Part shown: positions 1-9,269 of the stretch, piece by piece
How the letters are laid out: the number at the start of each line of letters is the position of its first letter
How positions within the stretch are numbered: position 1 is the first letter of the stretch
Assembly: GCA_964448865.1 (NCBI GenBank)
Contig: CAYUXO010000004.1
Span: 1 to 54,907 of the forward strand
Reading direction: 5' to 3'
From: an uncultured Anaerolineales bacterium
Lineage (GTDB): Bacteria; Chloroflexota; Anaerolineae; Anaerolineales; UBA11858
DNA: 54,907 nt
Translations under genes and position numbers: made by a program
Notes under the pieces: model-generated
The model's database searches: none
What the model was told of the DNA's origin: nothing
The model's input: the letters and a program-made list of their open reading frames with translations, nothing else

Positions 1-30
1 TACAGTAATATTTAAAGCCTAGGAGAAATT

Positions 31-1455
31 ATGTATCAGGAAAAAAAAGCTGAACTATTAAAACTTTTAGAAGGTTCTGTAACTTTAGAAAACGATCAAA
101 TAGTGATAATTGATGAAGGTAAACTGCAGCTGAAGATAGAAAATCTCGTTAAAGCTGCTGTTTTGGGAGAAGATGAACTCAAGCGGTATCTCGCCCGTTA
201 CCTGGTACGGGTGGTCGCTGCCGCCGCTGGTGTCTATCCAAGCTCCATTCATGATCTTTACCTGGCCTGCGGCCGGGGCGAGGTCTCTAATAATTTCACT
301 GTTCCCGCCATCAACCTGCGTAGCCTGACCTTTTATGCTGCCAGGATCATTTTCCAGATTGCCGGAGAAGTCAATGCCGGAGCATTTATCTTAGAACTTG
401 CCCGCTCCGAAACCGGCTATACAGATCAGCGCCCATCCGAATATGCTGCCAATATCCTTGGTGGAGCTGTCGCTGCTGGATACAAAGGCCCGGTCTTTAT
501 CCAGGGAGATCATTACCAGATTTCAGCCAGCAGGTATCACGATAACCAGGATCCCGAAATCCAGGCTTTGAAAGACCTCACCAGGGAAGCCCTGGAAGCT
601 GGATTTTTCAATATTGACATTGATGCTTCCACTCTGGTGGATCTCAGCAAGGATAGTGTGGTTGAACAGCAGGTACTAAATTCTGAGTGGACAGCCTTTT
701 TTACAAAATACATCCGTGATCTTGAACCCGAAGGTATTACCGTATCTATAGGGGGAGAAATCGGTGAAGTCGGTGAGGAAAATTCAACAGTGGAAGAACT
801 GCGGGCTTACATGGACAACTATCAGGTTGACCTGGAGAAAACTGCCCCCGGTGTAATTGGATTAAGCAAAATCAGTGTCCTTACCGGAACCTCCCACGGC
901 GGTTTGGTCCTGCCGGACGGCAGCATCAAAGAAGTCGCGGTCGATTTTGAACTTTTGAAGAATCTGGGAAAGATTTCCCGGGAAAGTTATGGTTTGGGCG
1001 GCGCAGTGCAGCATGGTGCCTCCACCCTGCCGGAAACAGCCTTCAGTAAATTTCCTGAATATGAAACCCTGGAAGTCCACCTGGCCACCAATTTCCAAAA
1101 TATCATGTACAACGAACTTCCTGATGACCTTAAAAACGAAATTTATTCCTACCTCGATCAAAACCACGCTCATGAACGCAAAGAAGGCCAGACTGACGAA
1201 CAATTCTATTACAAAACCCGCAAACGGGCATTGGGTGAATTTAAGGATAAGATCTGGGGCATCACTTCAGAACAGCTGGCCTGTATCACCATTGCCTGGG
1301 ATCAGCAATTCCGAGACTTATTTGACCGGCTTGGCATTGCTGATACCCGTCCCTACGTGGATAAATTCATCAGCCCGGTGCTGGTCGACCCAATTTTAGA
1401 TAATTATTTATTGGGTGATGTCCAGGCAGAAGACACTTCAGATCTGGCCGACTGA
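31..1455 (+). CDS. Class II fructose/tagatose-bisphosphate aldolase family protein (long form)
   Basis: 474 aa; VPAIN, QGDHYQ, GEIGEVG, GTSHGG and VQHGAS motifs of Zn-dependent class II aldolases; AGGAG RBS. Confidence 0.8.
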   Translation: MYQEKKAELLKLLEGSVTLENDQIVIIDEGKLQLKIENLVKAAVLGEDELKRYLARYLVRVVAAAAGVYPSSIHDLYLACGRGEVSNNFTVPAINLRSLTFYAARIIFQIAGEVNAGAFILELARSETGYTDQRPSEYAANILGGAVAAGYKGPVFIQGDHYQISASRYHDNQDPEIQALKDLTREALEAGFFNIDIDASTLVDLSKDSVVEQQVLNSEWTAFFTKYIRDLEPEGITVSIGGEIGEVGEENSTVEELRAYMDNYQVDLEKTAPGVIGLSKISVLTGTSHGGLVLPDGSIKEVAVDFELLKNLGKISRESYGLGGAVQHGASTLPETAFSKFPEYETLEVHLATNFQNIMYNELPDDLKNEIYSYLDQNHAHERKEGQTDEQFYYKTRKRALGEFKDKIWGITSEQLACITIAWDQQFRDLFDRLGIADTRPYVDKFISPVLVDPILDNYLLGDVQAEDTSDLAD

Positions 1456-1456
1456 T

Positions 1457-1960
1457 ATGCCCGCCTCTGATCAAGGTGTAAGCCAGGATCGTTATCAACT
1501 GATTCCCCGCACGTTAATCTTTCTCACGCGTGGGGAATCTGTTTTGCTGTTAAAGGGAGCGCCTACAAAGCGCCTTTGGGCCAACCGTTATAACGGCGTT
1601 GGCGGACACATAGAAAAGGGTGAGGATATACTCACTGCCGCCCGGCGTGAGCTTCAGGAAGAAACCGGTCTGGTTGCTGAGAGTCTCTGGCTGGTCGGCA
1701 CTGTGACCATCGAGACTGGAGAGCCTACTGGCATTGGAATATTCGTGATGAAAGGGATTTGTATGGATAGAGAGCCCCGCTCCTCCCAGGAAGGTGAACT
1801 GGAATGGGTACCCTATAATGAAATCCTGAATAGAGACCTTGTTGAGGATCTGCCTGTGTTATTACCGCGGGTCATCCAGCAATCATCAGCAGATCCCCCA
1901 TTTTCAGCCAGGTATTATTATGATGAAATGGATCAACTGGTAGTGGAATTTACTGAGTAA
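1457..1960 (+). CDS. NUDIX hydrolase (MutT/MTH1-like)
   Basis: Nudix box GGHIEKGEDILTAARRELQEETG; start placed at ATG 1457 just after the aldolase stop. Confidence 0.85.
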   Translation: MPASDQGVSQDRYQLIPRTLIFLTRGESVLLLKGAPTKRLWANRYNGVGGHIEKGEDILTAARRELQEETGLVAESLWLVGTVTIETGEPTGIGIFVMKGICMDREPRSSQEGELEWVPYNEILNRDLVEDLPVLLPRVIQQSSADPPFSARYYYDEMDQLVVEFTE

Positions 1961-2056
1961 TTTAAGGATACGTGATCCTAACAGTTTCAGAAAATTGATA
2001 CTAACATAAAGAATTTGACCTTACACTAACACCAAGAGGATCACGCATCCTCCCTA

Positions 2057-2629
2057 TTAACTCACAACCCCATCTTCCACCATATAAAATATCAATTCCG
2101 TACTGCCGTAAGAACGGCGGTCAAAGAGCTTGAGGTTATCCAGCTGGAGTTCCTGGTATTCGACTTTATCGATCTGGACAATGATCCAGCTGTCATCTTT
2201 TATCCAGCCGGGGTTCTTATCCAGGGATTTTAAAGCGTGAGACCAGATGTCTTTAAATTGGGGGGGAGCGATAAACAGGAAGTCAAACTGCCTATCTGCC
2301 ATATTATCCAGAACTGAGAAAACGGACTTCTGCCAGACCTCAGCCTGTTCAATAAACCCGGTGTGTTCCAGGTTTGCCCGAATGGTTTTAACAGCAGCCG
2401 ATTTGTTCTCAACAAAGCGGGCCATAGCTGCCCCCCGGCTGAGGGCTTCTATACCCACACTACCGGTTCCCGCAAACAGATCCAGCCAGGTTGAATCCAG
2501 GATATAAGGGGAAACTATGTTAAACAAAGCAGCTTTGACCATCGACATGATCGGCCTGGTCCCACTGCCTGGTACTGACTGCAATCTGAATCCTTTGGCT
2601 TTCCCACCGATAACGGATAAGTTTCCCAT
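2057..2629 (-). CDS. rsmD: 16S rRNA m2G966 methyltransferase RsmD
   Basis: VIGGKAKG..GTRP, LDLFAGTGSVGIEALSRGA, xPPF motif, RSYGST. Confidence 0.9.
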   Translation of the reverse strand: MGNLSVIGGKAKGFRLQSVPGSGTRPIMSMVKAALFNIVSPYILDSTWLDLFAGTGSVGIEALSRGAAMARFVENKSAAVKTIRANLEHTGFIEQAEVWQKSVFSVLDNMADRQFDFLFIAPPQFKDIWSHALKSLDKNPGWIKDDSWIIVQIDKVEYQELQLDNLKLFDRRSYGSTELIFYMVEDGVVS

Positions 2630-2632
2630 GAC

Positions 2633-3838
2633 TTAATCTTCCTGATCTAAATCCTGAGGAGGGATCAATTTATTGATGGCTTTCTCCAGCAGTTCGGTTT
2701 CAGAACTCTGATCAGCGATATACTGCTCAATAAAACTTGAACGGCGCAGGCGCAGCGCCATTGGAGCAACTACACGGATATCTTCCAGGTTTACTTGCTC
2801 CCTGGCATCTGCCGCGGCATGAGCCCGGGCAGCTTCAAACAAGGTGATCTCGGCGCGCAAAGAATCCAGCTCCAAGTCCTCGATTAATTCCAGGCCGATC
2901 TGGGCAATTTCATCGGAAAGCTCCACCTGGTTGATTTGTTCTCGGCTGGCCTGGATTTCATCCTTAAATGCTCTGGTAGCAGGGGCATATTGAGCAGAAA
3001 AAGCCCGGTTACTTTCTTTATACGCCCTGGTCCGTTGATAGGCTTCAAGGCGGTCTTCTTTATTTTCCAATCCTTTGACAAGCACCCGCAGGCCAAATCT
3101 ATCCATAATCTGGGGACGTAAGTGACCTTCTTCAGGATTCATGGAACCGATCAAGGTGAAATTTGAACGATAAGTGGCGGACATAGAGCCCCGCCGAACT
3201 GTATATTGACCTTGGGCTGCCGCGTCCAGGATGGCATCTACAATCTGATCATTGAGCAGATTGACTTCATCGACGTACAGCAGATTGCGGTCAGCTCGTG
3301 ATAAAATACCCCGTTTCAGCTGCCGGCGTGAATTGGCTTTTGCCTGGGGATCCAAACCTCCCACAACATCTTCCAGGGTTGAGTTAAGTGGCAGTTCGAC
3401 AAGGCTCACATTTTCTAGCCGCGAGAGAGGATCACCCTGCCCGTATTTTTTTGCACAAACCGGACAAACAGCATCAATTCCTCCGGATTCAATCTCTTCC
3501 TCCAGGCAGCCGTAATAACACAAACTTCGTCTCACATCTGGAAGCAAATTTATCAAACTGCGAACTGCGGTGGATTTTCCAGTTCCGCGGGGACCGATCA
3601 ACAGCACTCCGTCCAGATTGGGATTGAGCAAAGAAAGCACCAGAGAAAGCTTCATTTGATTCTGCCCCACCAGCGCCAGAAAAGGAAATGGCACATTCTC
3701 AGCCAGTCCAGAATCTTCCTGATCATAATCCAGCACAGCTCTTACCCCTGAGGCTTTTTCAAGCAATTCCTGGAGGGATCCCACCTTGGTGATAAGTTCT
3801 GGTTCACTCTGAGGAATTTTAATCTCTTTCTCATCCAT
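2633..3838 (-). CDS. Magnesium chelatase subunit I (ChlI/BchI)-like AAA+ ATPase
   Basis: FPFLALVGQ, Walker A GPRGTGKS, Walker B LYVDE, GSMNPEEG.LRPQ.MDRFG, SLRAEI. Confidence 0.85.
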   Translation of the reverse strand: MDEKEIKIPQSEPELITKVGSLQELLEKASGVRAVLDYDQEDSGLAENVPFPFLALVGQNQMKLSLVLSLLNPNLDGVLLIGPRGTGKSTAVRSLINLLPDVRRSLCYYGCLEEEIESGGIDAVCPVCAKKYGQGDPLSRLENVSLVELPLNSTLEDVVGGLDPQAKANSRRQLKRGILSRADRNLLYVDEVNLLNDQIVDAILDAAAQGQYTVRRGSMSATYRSNFTLIGSMNPEEGHLRPQIMDRFGLRVLVKGLENKEDRLEAYQRTRAYKESNRAFSAQYAPATRAFKDEIQASREQINQVELSDEIAQIGLELIEDLELDSLRAEITLFEAARAHAAADAREQVNLEDIRVVAPMALRLRRSSFIEQYIADQSSETELLEKAINKLIPPQDLDQED

Positions 3839-3965
3839 AATTGATCCTTATTTCCTGATTTCTGCCTCCATTATACTCAATCTGAAACTTTTTCACTTGC
3901 GCAGACTCCTTTTCTGGTCTAGGATTATTAAGGTGGCAAATGATCACATCCAACAGGGAGATCAT

Positions 3966-4751
3966 ATGATCGGTGCAATCGCAGGCGACATCATTGGGTC
4001 AGTTTATGAACATAATCCCCTGAAAAGCGAGGGTTTTCCCCTTTTTAGTGATTATTCCCGGTTTACAGACGATACAGTCATGTCCCTGGCAGTTGCCCGG
4101 GCAATTCTTGAGGGAGGGGATTACGGACAGGGGATGAAATCATTGGGCAGGATTTTTCCAAATGCGGGTTATGGAGGAAATTTCATACTCTGGCTCGCAG
4201 AGGATGAAATTCGACCTTACAACAGCTGGGGAAATGGTTCTGCCATGCGCGTCAGTCCTATTGGATTTGCACATGATACTGAAGAGGATGTACTTCGTGA
4301 AGCCAAAAATAGCGCCGTGATTTCTCATGACCACCCCGAAGGCATTAAGGGTGCCCAGGCGGTAGCCTTGGCCATCCTGCTTGCCCGGCAGGGAGCATCC
4401 AAAGAGCAGATCAGGGAAAGGATCTCAATCGAATTCATCTATGACCTAGATCGCACAATTGATCAGATTCGCCCCGGCTACAGTTTTGACGTTTCCTGCC
4501 AGGGATCTGTACCAGAAGGCATCATTGCTTTTTTGGATTCTACGGATTATACAAGCGCCATCCGAAAAGCAGTATCCCTGGGGGGTGACAGCGATACCCT
4601 GGCTTGTATCGCCGGAGCCATCGCAGAGGCTTATTATAAAGAAATCCCCACCCTGATACAGATTGAGACTGAAAACCGTCTTCCTGGTATATTATGGAAG
4701 ATCCTGGAGAAATTTGAAAAGAGATATCCCTGCTGCGGAAAGGGAAATTAG
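3966..4751 (+). CDS. ADP-ribosylglycohydrolase (DraG/ARH family)
   Basis: MIGAIAGDIIGS, FTDDT, SWGNGSAMR, GGDSDT; GGGAG RBS before ATG 3966. Confidence 0.9.
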   Translation: MIGAIAGDIIGSVYEHNPLKSEGFPLFSDYSRFTDDTVMSLAVARAILEGGDYGQGMKSLGRIFPNAGYGGNFILWLAEDEIRPYNSWGNGSAMRVSPIGFAHDTEEDVLREAKNSAVISHDHPEGIKGAQAVALAILLARQGASKEQIRERISIEFIYDLDRTIDQIRPGYSFDVSCQGSVPEGIIAFLDSTDYTSAIRKAVSLGGDSDTLACIAGAIAEAYYKEIPTLIQIETENRLPGILWKILEKFEKRYPCCGKGN

Positions 4752-4783
4752 ATCTATAGACAAAATGAAATATTGAGCAATTC

Positions 4784-5254
4784 TTATTCCACGTCGTTGT
4801 AAGTCCAGATGCGGTTGATCAAGAAGTTCCAGAACATCACTACCACCACCGCAACACCCAGGGCAAAAGTATATCCCAGCCATTCAGCATCGATAAACCC
4901 AATCGGCAGGAATGAGAATCCTTCAAAGAGCCGCCTGAAGGGGAGTTCCAAACCGGTGAAAATCGGAGTCCTGATACCCAGCCCAACCAGGTTAACAATA
5001 AAAAAACTCGTCAATTGATTTCTTAGTGGCTTTGATCTGGAATCAGGATAGGTCCATAATCGATTCCAGATGAAGTTGCTGATAATCGCCAGTGTGAATG
5101 ATCCTGCCTGAGCCCATTTCGGTTCAATCCCCAGGAAACTCATCAGCAAGTGAAAAGAGCTAAAATCTACCAGCGCTCCAATTGCACCTACCACACTGAA
5201 CTTCAGGAACCTGTTCCTCTCCCGGGGGTTATTAAGGACTGATTTAAATTTCAT
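4784..5254 (-). CDS. GtrA family membrane protein (lipid-linked sugar translocase-like)
   Basis: FLKFSVVG, NFIWNRLWTY and WNFLINRIWTY duplicated motifs; 3-4 TM helices. Confidence 0.85.
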   Translation of the reverse strand: MKFKSVLNNPRERNRFLKFSVVGAIGALVDFSSFHLLMSFLGIEPKWAQAGSFTLAIISNFIWNRLWTYPDSRSKPLRNQLTSFFIVNLVGLGIRTPIFTGLELPFRRLFEGFSFLPIGFIDAEWLGYTFALGVAVVVVMFWNFLINRIWTYNDVE

Positions 5255-5260
5255 GGCTTT

Positions 5261-6217
5261 TTAGATGTTTTCCTGAAAATAGGGGATGGTCCGGGTTAAT
5301 CCTTCTTCAAGATCAATGCTTGGATTCCAATCCAGGACCTGTTGTGCCCGAGCAATATCCGGTCTGCGGCGTTGGGGATCCCCCTCTCCCCTTTTATCCG
5401 GATGCATTACTACCTCGGCAAGATTATCAGTCAGCCGGTTTATGGTTTCTGCCAGTTCCAGAATAGTCATCTCTGTGGGATTACCTATATTCACAGGTTG
5501 GTGTTCCTTAGACAGGAACAAACGATAAATGCCCTCGATCAAATCATCCACGTAGCAAAAACTCCTCGTCTGTGATCCGTCACCATAAATAGACAAGGAT
5601 TCCCCGGACAAGGCCTGATTGAGAAAGTTTGGTACTGCCCGGCCGTCGTCCAATCTCATCCGGGGTCCGTAAGTATTAAATATACGGACAATACTGGTAT
5701 TAATTCCGTGAAAACGATGATAGGCCAGGGTCAGTGCCTCTGCAAATCTTTTAGCTTCGTCATAAACAGATCTTTCGCCAATGGGATTTACATGACCCCA
5801 ATAGGATTCTGGCTGCGGGTGGACCTGGGGATCACCATAGATTTCGCTGGTTGACGCCAGTAGGAATTTTGCGTCATATGCCCGGGCAACGCCCAGTGAA
5901 TTCAATGTTCCAAGCGCCCCGGCTTTCATGGTTTGAATGGGCAGGTTGACATAACCATAGGGAGAGCTGGGGTTTGGGGAAGCTGGAGAAGCAAAATGCA
6001 TTACACCATCCAGGCTGCCACCCGGAACGTCGATATACTTGGATACATCATGCTCAATAAAACTGAAAAGTTCCTGGTTATTGAGATGCTCCAGGTTCTC
6101 CGGGCGGCCAGTAATAAAATTATCCATTCCGATAACTTCATGGCCTTCCTGAACCAGGCGATCACACAAATGAGAGCCTAAAAAACCCGCTGCCCCTGTA
6201 ATAAGAATTTTCATCAT
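5261..6217 (-). CDS. UDP-glucuronate decarboxylase (UDP-xylose synthase)-like SDR
   Basis: [54 protein letters not shown]. Confidence 0.9.
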   Translation of the reverse strand: MMKILITGAAGFLGSHLCDRLVQEGHEVIGMDNFITGRPENLEHLNNQELFSFIEHDVSKYIDVPGGSLDGVMHFASPASPNPSSPYGYVNLPIQTMKAGALGTLNSLGVARAYDAKFLLASTSEIYGDPQVHPQPESYWGHVNPIGERSVYDEAKRFAEALTLAYHRFHGINTSIVRIFNTYGPRMRLDDGRAVPNFLNQALSGESLSIYGDGSQTRSFCYVDDLIEGIYRLFLSKEHQPVNIGNPTEMTILELAETINRLTDNLAEVVMHPDKRGEGDPQRRRPDIARAQQVLDWNPSIDLEEGLTRTIPYFQENI

Positions 6218-6227
6218 TTCTCCTCAA

Positions 6228-7838
6228 TTACCAGTCTAATCGCGATACCCCGCCATCACCGGTTACCTGCCAGGCATCCCCACTTTCTGGAACCAGTATC
6301 CAAATATTACCCTCATAGATCACTGCCAGGGGATATGTTCCGCTGGCTTCTGCCTGTCGGGGAGACCAGGCTCCCCAACCCCTGGATGGCTGCAAACCCG
6401 GCTTATCCTGAGCTGGGAAAACCAGGTGTCGATTTGAACCATCCCGATCCATCAGGGCAACCCTATAATTGCTTGTCGCACTCTGATCGGGGAAGATTGC
6501 CATCAAGAAAGCGACCTGATAAGATGCTTCTCCGGATGGTTTGGCTGTCACTGGAGATGCCAGGGGGTAGGCAAACATACCCACATTCTGAACAATGGTT
6601 CGTACACCCCCACCCGTCAATGGAATCGCAATTAGATCAAATACAGGGGAATCCTCAGCCACTATTGATCCCTCTGGAGCTGAATGGTTAACTGAAAAGA
6701 TCACATTGCCCATAGGTCCGATGCTCAGACCCGGCATCCAGGCCCAATCACCCTGGGTTTGGTAGGGAATAACCTCCACCAATACCTGTTTTTCTGGTTC
6801 ATCATAAGGAATAACTCCGATTTGGTCCGGACTCGCATAAGCAGCCAGATCTCCATCAGGGAAGAACTGAAAAATTGTCCCCCACCACCCGTACACTCCA
6901 CTGTAATTAGTTTCTTGGAGTGTATTTACCCGGGATGTCCAGCCGTTATCACTGAAGATACTTACAATTAGATCGTTATTTGCCTGCCAACCCGGCGCAG
7001 ACAGGCGGGGCTCAACAGTGGAATAGCTAAACTTCTCTTCTGATCCAGGAAACCAATCCGCATAATGGATCACATTTTCAACATCCAGTGAAATCAAGGA
7101 ATCCTCTGGGGAGGATAAATTGACCGTCCAGAGTGAGTTTATGACGTCTTCATCTTCCTCTGTACGGGTGAACAGCAGCCAATTTCCATCTCCTGAGAGG
7201 CTGAATACTCTACCGTCAAGGTCACCGGTTGGCACAATCAGATAGCGGTTGGCTGTGGATTGATCCATTAACCAGGCATTACCGTTCGACAGGTAAACCA
7301 GCGGGCTAGGTAATGCCAGCGGAGCAATCGAGGACTGCACCCCCACCAGGATGATTTCGTCTATAGTTTCTTCCAATTCCAGGCTGCTTACCTCATAAAA
7401 GGATATTTCTTCTCCGTTCTCAAAGAGGCGAATTGATATGATCTCCTTCAAACCATTTTTTCCTGCCTGGAGTAGTTTCTCCTGGCCGGTAGGCAAATTC
7501 TCGGTAGGTTGGCGGATTACTTCAAATGGTATGATCACCTGTTCTGTTTCTATGCGTTCTTCAACCCGAATAACCCGGATCAATCCATCTTCCAGGAGGG
7601 AAATCACCTGGGCAGGTTCAGTACGGTCACTGCCTGAAAGCTTGATATCGCCCATAGTCAATACATCCCCTACTGTGCTGCCAGCCGGGACCTGGAGAGA
7701 AAGGGTCTCGTTATCGACCTCGATCTGGATCGTAATATCCTCGGGCAGGGATGTTTGAGACAAGGAAGAACAGGCTGTTCCAAACAGGAGCAGCAAACTG
7801 GCAATCAGACCTAATTTAATAAAATGGTATAATCTCAT
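6228..7838 (-). CDS. Lipoprotein with DUF348/G5 domains and a C-terminal TolB-like beta-propeller
   Basis: Lipobox FGTAC; STVGDVL; G5-like LQAGKNG...EIILVG; repeated FS/WSPDG-like blades. Confidence 0.7.
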   Translation of the reverse strand: MRLYHFIKLGLIASLLLLFGTACSSLSQTSLPEDITIQIEVDNETLSLQVPAGSTVGDVLTMGDIKLSGSDRTEPAQVISLLEDGLIRVIRVEERIETEQVIIPFEVIRQPTENLPTGQEKLLQAGKNGLKEIISIRLFENGEEISFYEVSSLELEETIDEIILVGVQSSIAPLALPSPLVYLSNGNAWLMDQSTANRYLIVPTGDLDGRVFSLSGDGNWLLFTRTEEDEDVINSLWTVNLSSPEDSLISLDVENVIHYADWFPGSEEKFSYSTVEPRLSAPGWQANNDLIVSIFSDNGWTSRVNTLQETNYSGVYGWWGTIFQFFPDGDLAAYASPDQIGVIPYDEPEKQVLVEVIPYQTQGDWAWMPGLSIGPMGNVIFSVNHSAPEGSIVAEDSPVFDLIAIPLTGGGVRTIVQNVGMFAYPLASPVTAKPSGEASYQVAFLMAIFPDQSATSNYRVALMDRDGSNRHLVFPAQDKPGLQPSRGWGAWSPRQAEASGTYPLAVIYEGNIWILVPESGDAWQVTGDGGVSRLDW

Positions 7839-7916
7839 TGTAGCTTTCAAAATGACAAATTAACCTTGAAGAGGATAATAACATCCCCCGAAATTGCTCT
7901 AAATGCAAATTATAGC

Positions 7917-8495
7917 ATGACAGAAGAAAAATCCCCCCAAACCAATCAAAAACAAGATCTCGGATTAACCGCTCTAGTAGAAGCGATTTTATTCGTCTCA
8001 CCTGAGCCGATCAGCGCCAATCAAATTGGCAGCCTAATGGATATATCTCCCCGGGAGATAAAGAACGCTTTTAACGAATTAGATCAGCTTTACGCAGGGC
8101 GGGGAATCAGGCTGCAGTATCATAAGAACAAAGTGCAGATCACCTCGGCTCCGGAAGCAGCCTCGGTCCTTGAGAATATGCTCAACCTGGAAACGACCAG
8201 CACACTCAGCCAGGCTGCCTTGGAAACTCTCTCAATCGTTGCCTATCAGCAGTCTATTACCAGACCTCAGATCGATTCAATCCGGGGTGTGAACAGTGAT
8301 GGTGTGTTGAAAACACTGCTCAATAAAGGCTTGATAGATGACGTGGGCCGGGCAGAAGGACCAGGTCGACCAATTCTTTACAGCACAACCACAGAATTTC
8401 TGAAATATTTTGGGCTGGGTTCCTCCGAGGAACTCCCCCCACTTGATTTTGATGAAATCCAGGAGTCAACCGACCCCAAGGTGCTTAAAGGATAA
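7917..8495 (+). CDS. scpB: SMC-Scp complex subunit ScpB
   Basis: VEAILFVS, LSQAALETLSIVAY.Q.ITR..I..IRGVNS, GRPILY.TT.FL.YFGL. Confidence 0.93.
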   Translation: MTEEKSPQTNQKQDLGLTALVEAILFVSPEPISANQIGSLMDISPREIKNAFNELDQLYAGRGIRLQYHKNKVQITSAPEAASVLENMLNLETTSTLSQAALETLSIVAYQQSITRPQIDSIRGVNSDGVLKTLLNKGLIDDVGRAEGPGRPILYSTTTEFLKYFGLGSSEELPPLDFDEIQESTDPKVLKG

Positions 8496-8540
8496 ACCTT
8501 TCAAGCTAATACATCAATTGACAATAATCTCACCTAACTG

Positions 8541-9269
8541 ATGAAATCTCGCCTTCAAAAAATCCTTGCTCAAGCCGGTTATGGATCCCGACGCAGCTGT
8601 GAGGAGTTAATCCGGCAGGGCCGGGTGCATGTGAATGGCAGCCCGGCATCATTAGGATTCCAGGCAGACCCCCTGTTTGATGTCATCCTGGTTGACGGAA
8701 AACAACTCTCACCTCCGGAAACACTCAAGTATATCATGCTGCACAAACCCCGGGGTGTGCTTTCTACAGTAAGTTCCCCAGATTCGAGACCCACTGTCAG
8801 ATCGTTGATCGATCTTCCCGGACGGCTTTATCCTGTCGGCAGATTGGATGTTGGCAGTGAAGGGCTGATCCTGATGACTAATGATGGTGAGTTGACCAAC
8901 CGTCTCACTCACCCCCGCTATCAGCATGAAAAAGAATACCGTGTGCTTGTTCTTAGTCACCCCAGCGACCAACAGTTAAATGGCTGGCGGAAAGGTTTGA
9001 TCCTCGATGACGGAACTCTCACCCGCCCAGCGAAGGTATGGATAGAACACAAGGATTCCAACGGAACCTGGTTGGGGGTTATACTTAAGGAAGGTAAAAA
9101 ACGCCAACTTCGAAGAATGGCCGAGATCTCGGGATTGGTGGTGACACGCCTGATCCGGATCAAGATTGCCAATCTGGTCTTGGGAGACCTGCTCCCGGGT
9201 GAATGGCGCGAGCTCAATCAACAGGAGATCCAAGATTTAGGCAGTTTAATGGAAAAAAGGGATAAATAA
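8541..9269 (+). CDS. rluB: RsuA/RluB family pseudouridine synthase
   Basis: S4 domain RLQKILAQAG.GSRR; catalytic PVGRLD; conserved position after scpB. Confidence 0.85.
   Translation: MKSRLQKILAQAGYGSRRSCEELIRQGRVHVNGSPASLGFQADPLFDVILVDGKQLSPPETLKYIMLHKPRGVLSTVSSPDSRPTVRSLIDLPGRLYPVGRLDVGSEGLILMTNDGELTNRLTHPRYQHEKEYRVLVLSHPSDQQLNGWRKGLILDDGTLTRPAKVWIEHKDSNGTWLGVILKEGKKRQLRRMAEISGLVVTRLIRIKIANLVLGDLLPGEWRELNQQEIQDLGSLMEKRDK

Noticed and set aside
3966-4751. ADP-ribosylation toxin-antitoxin or defence module
   Set aside because: No transferase, macrodomain or other partner adjacent; looks like a stand-alone hydrolase
7917-8495. scpB without scpA as a novel arrangement
   Set aside because: scpA may simply be elsewhere in the genome; this cannot be judged from the window
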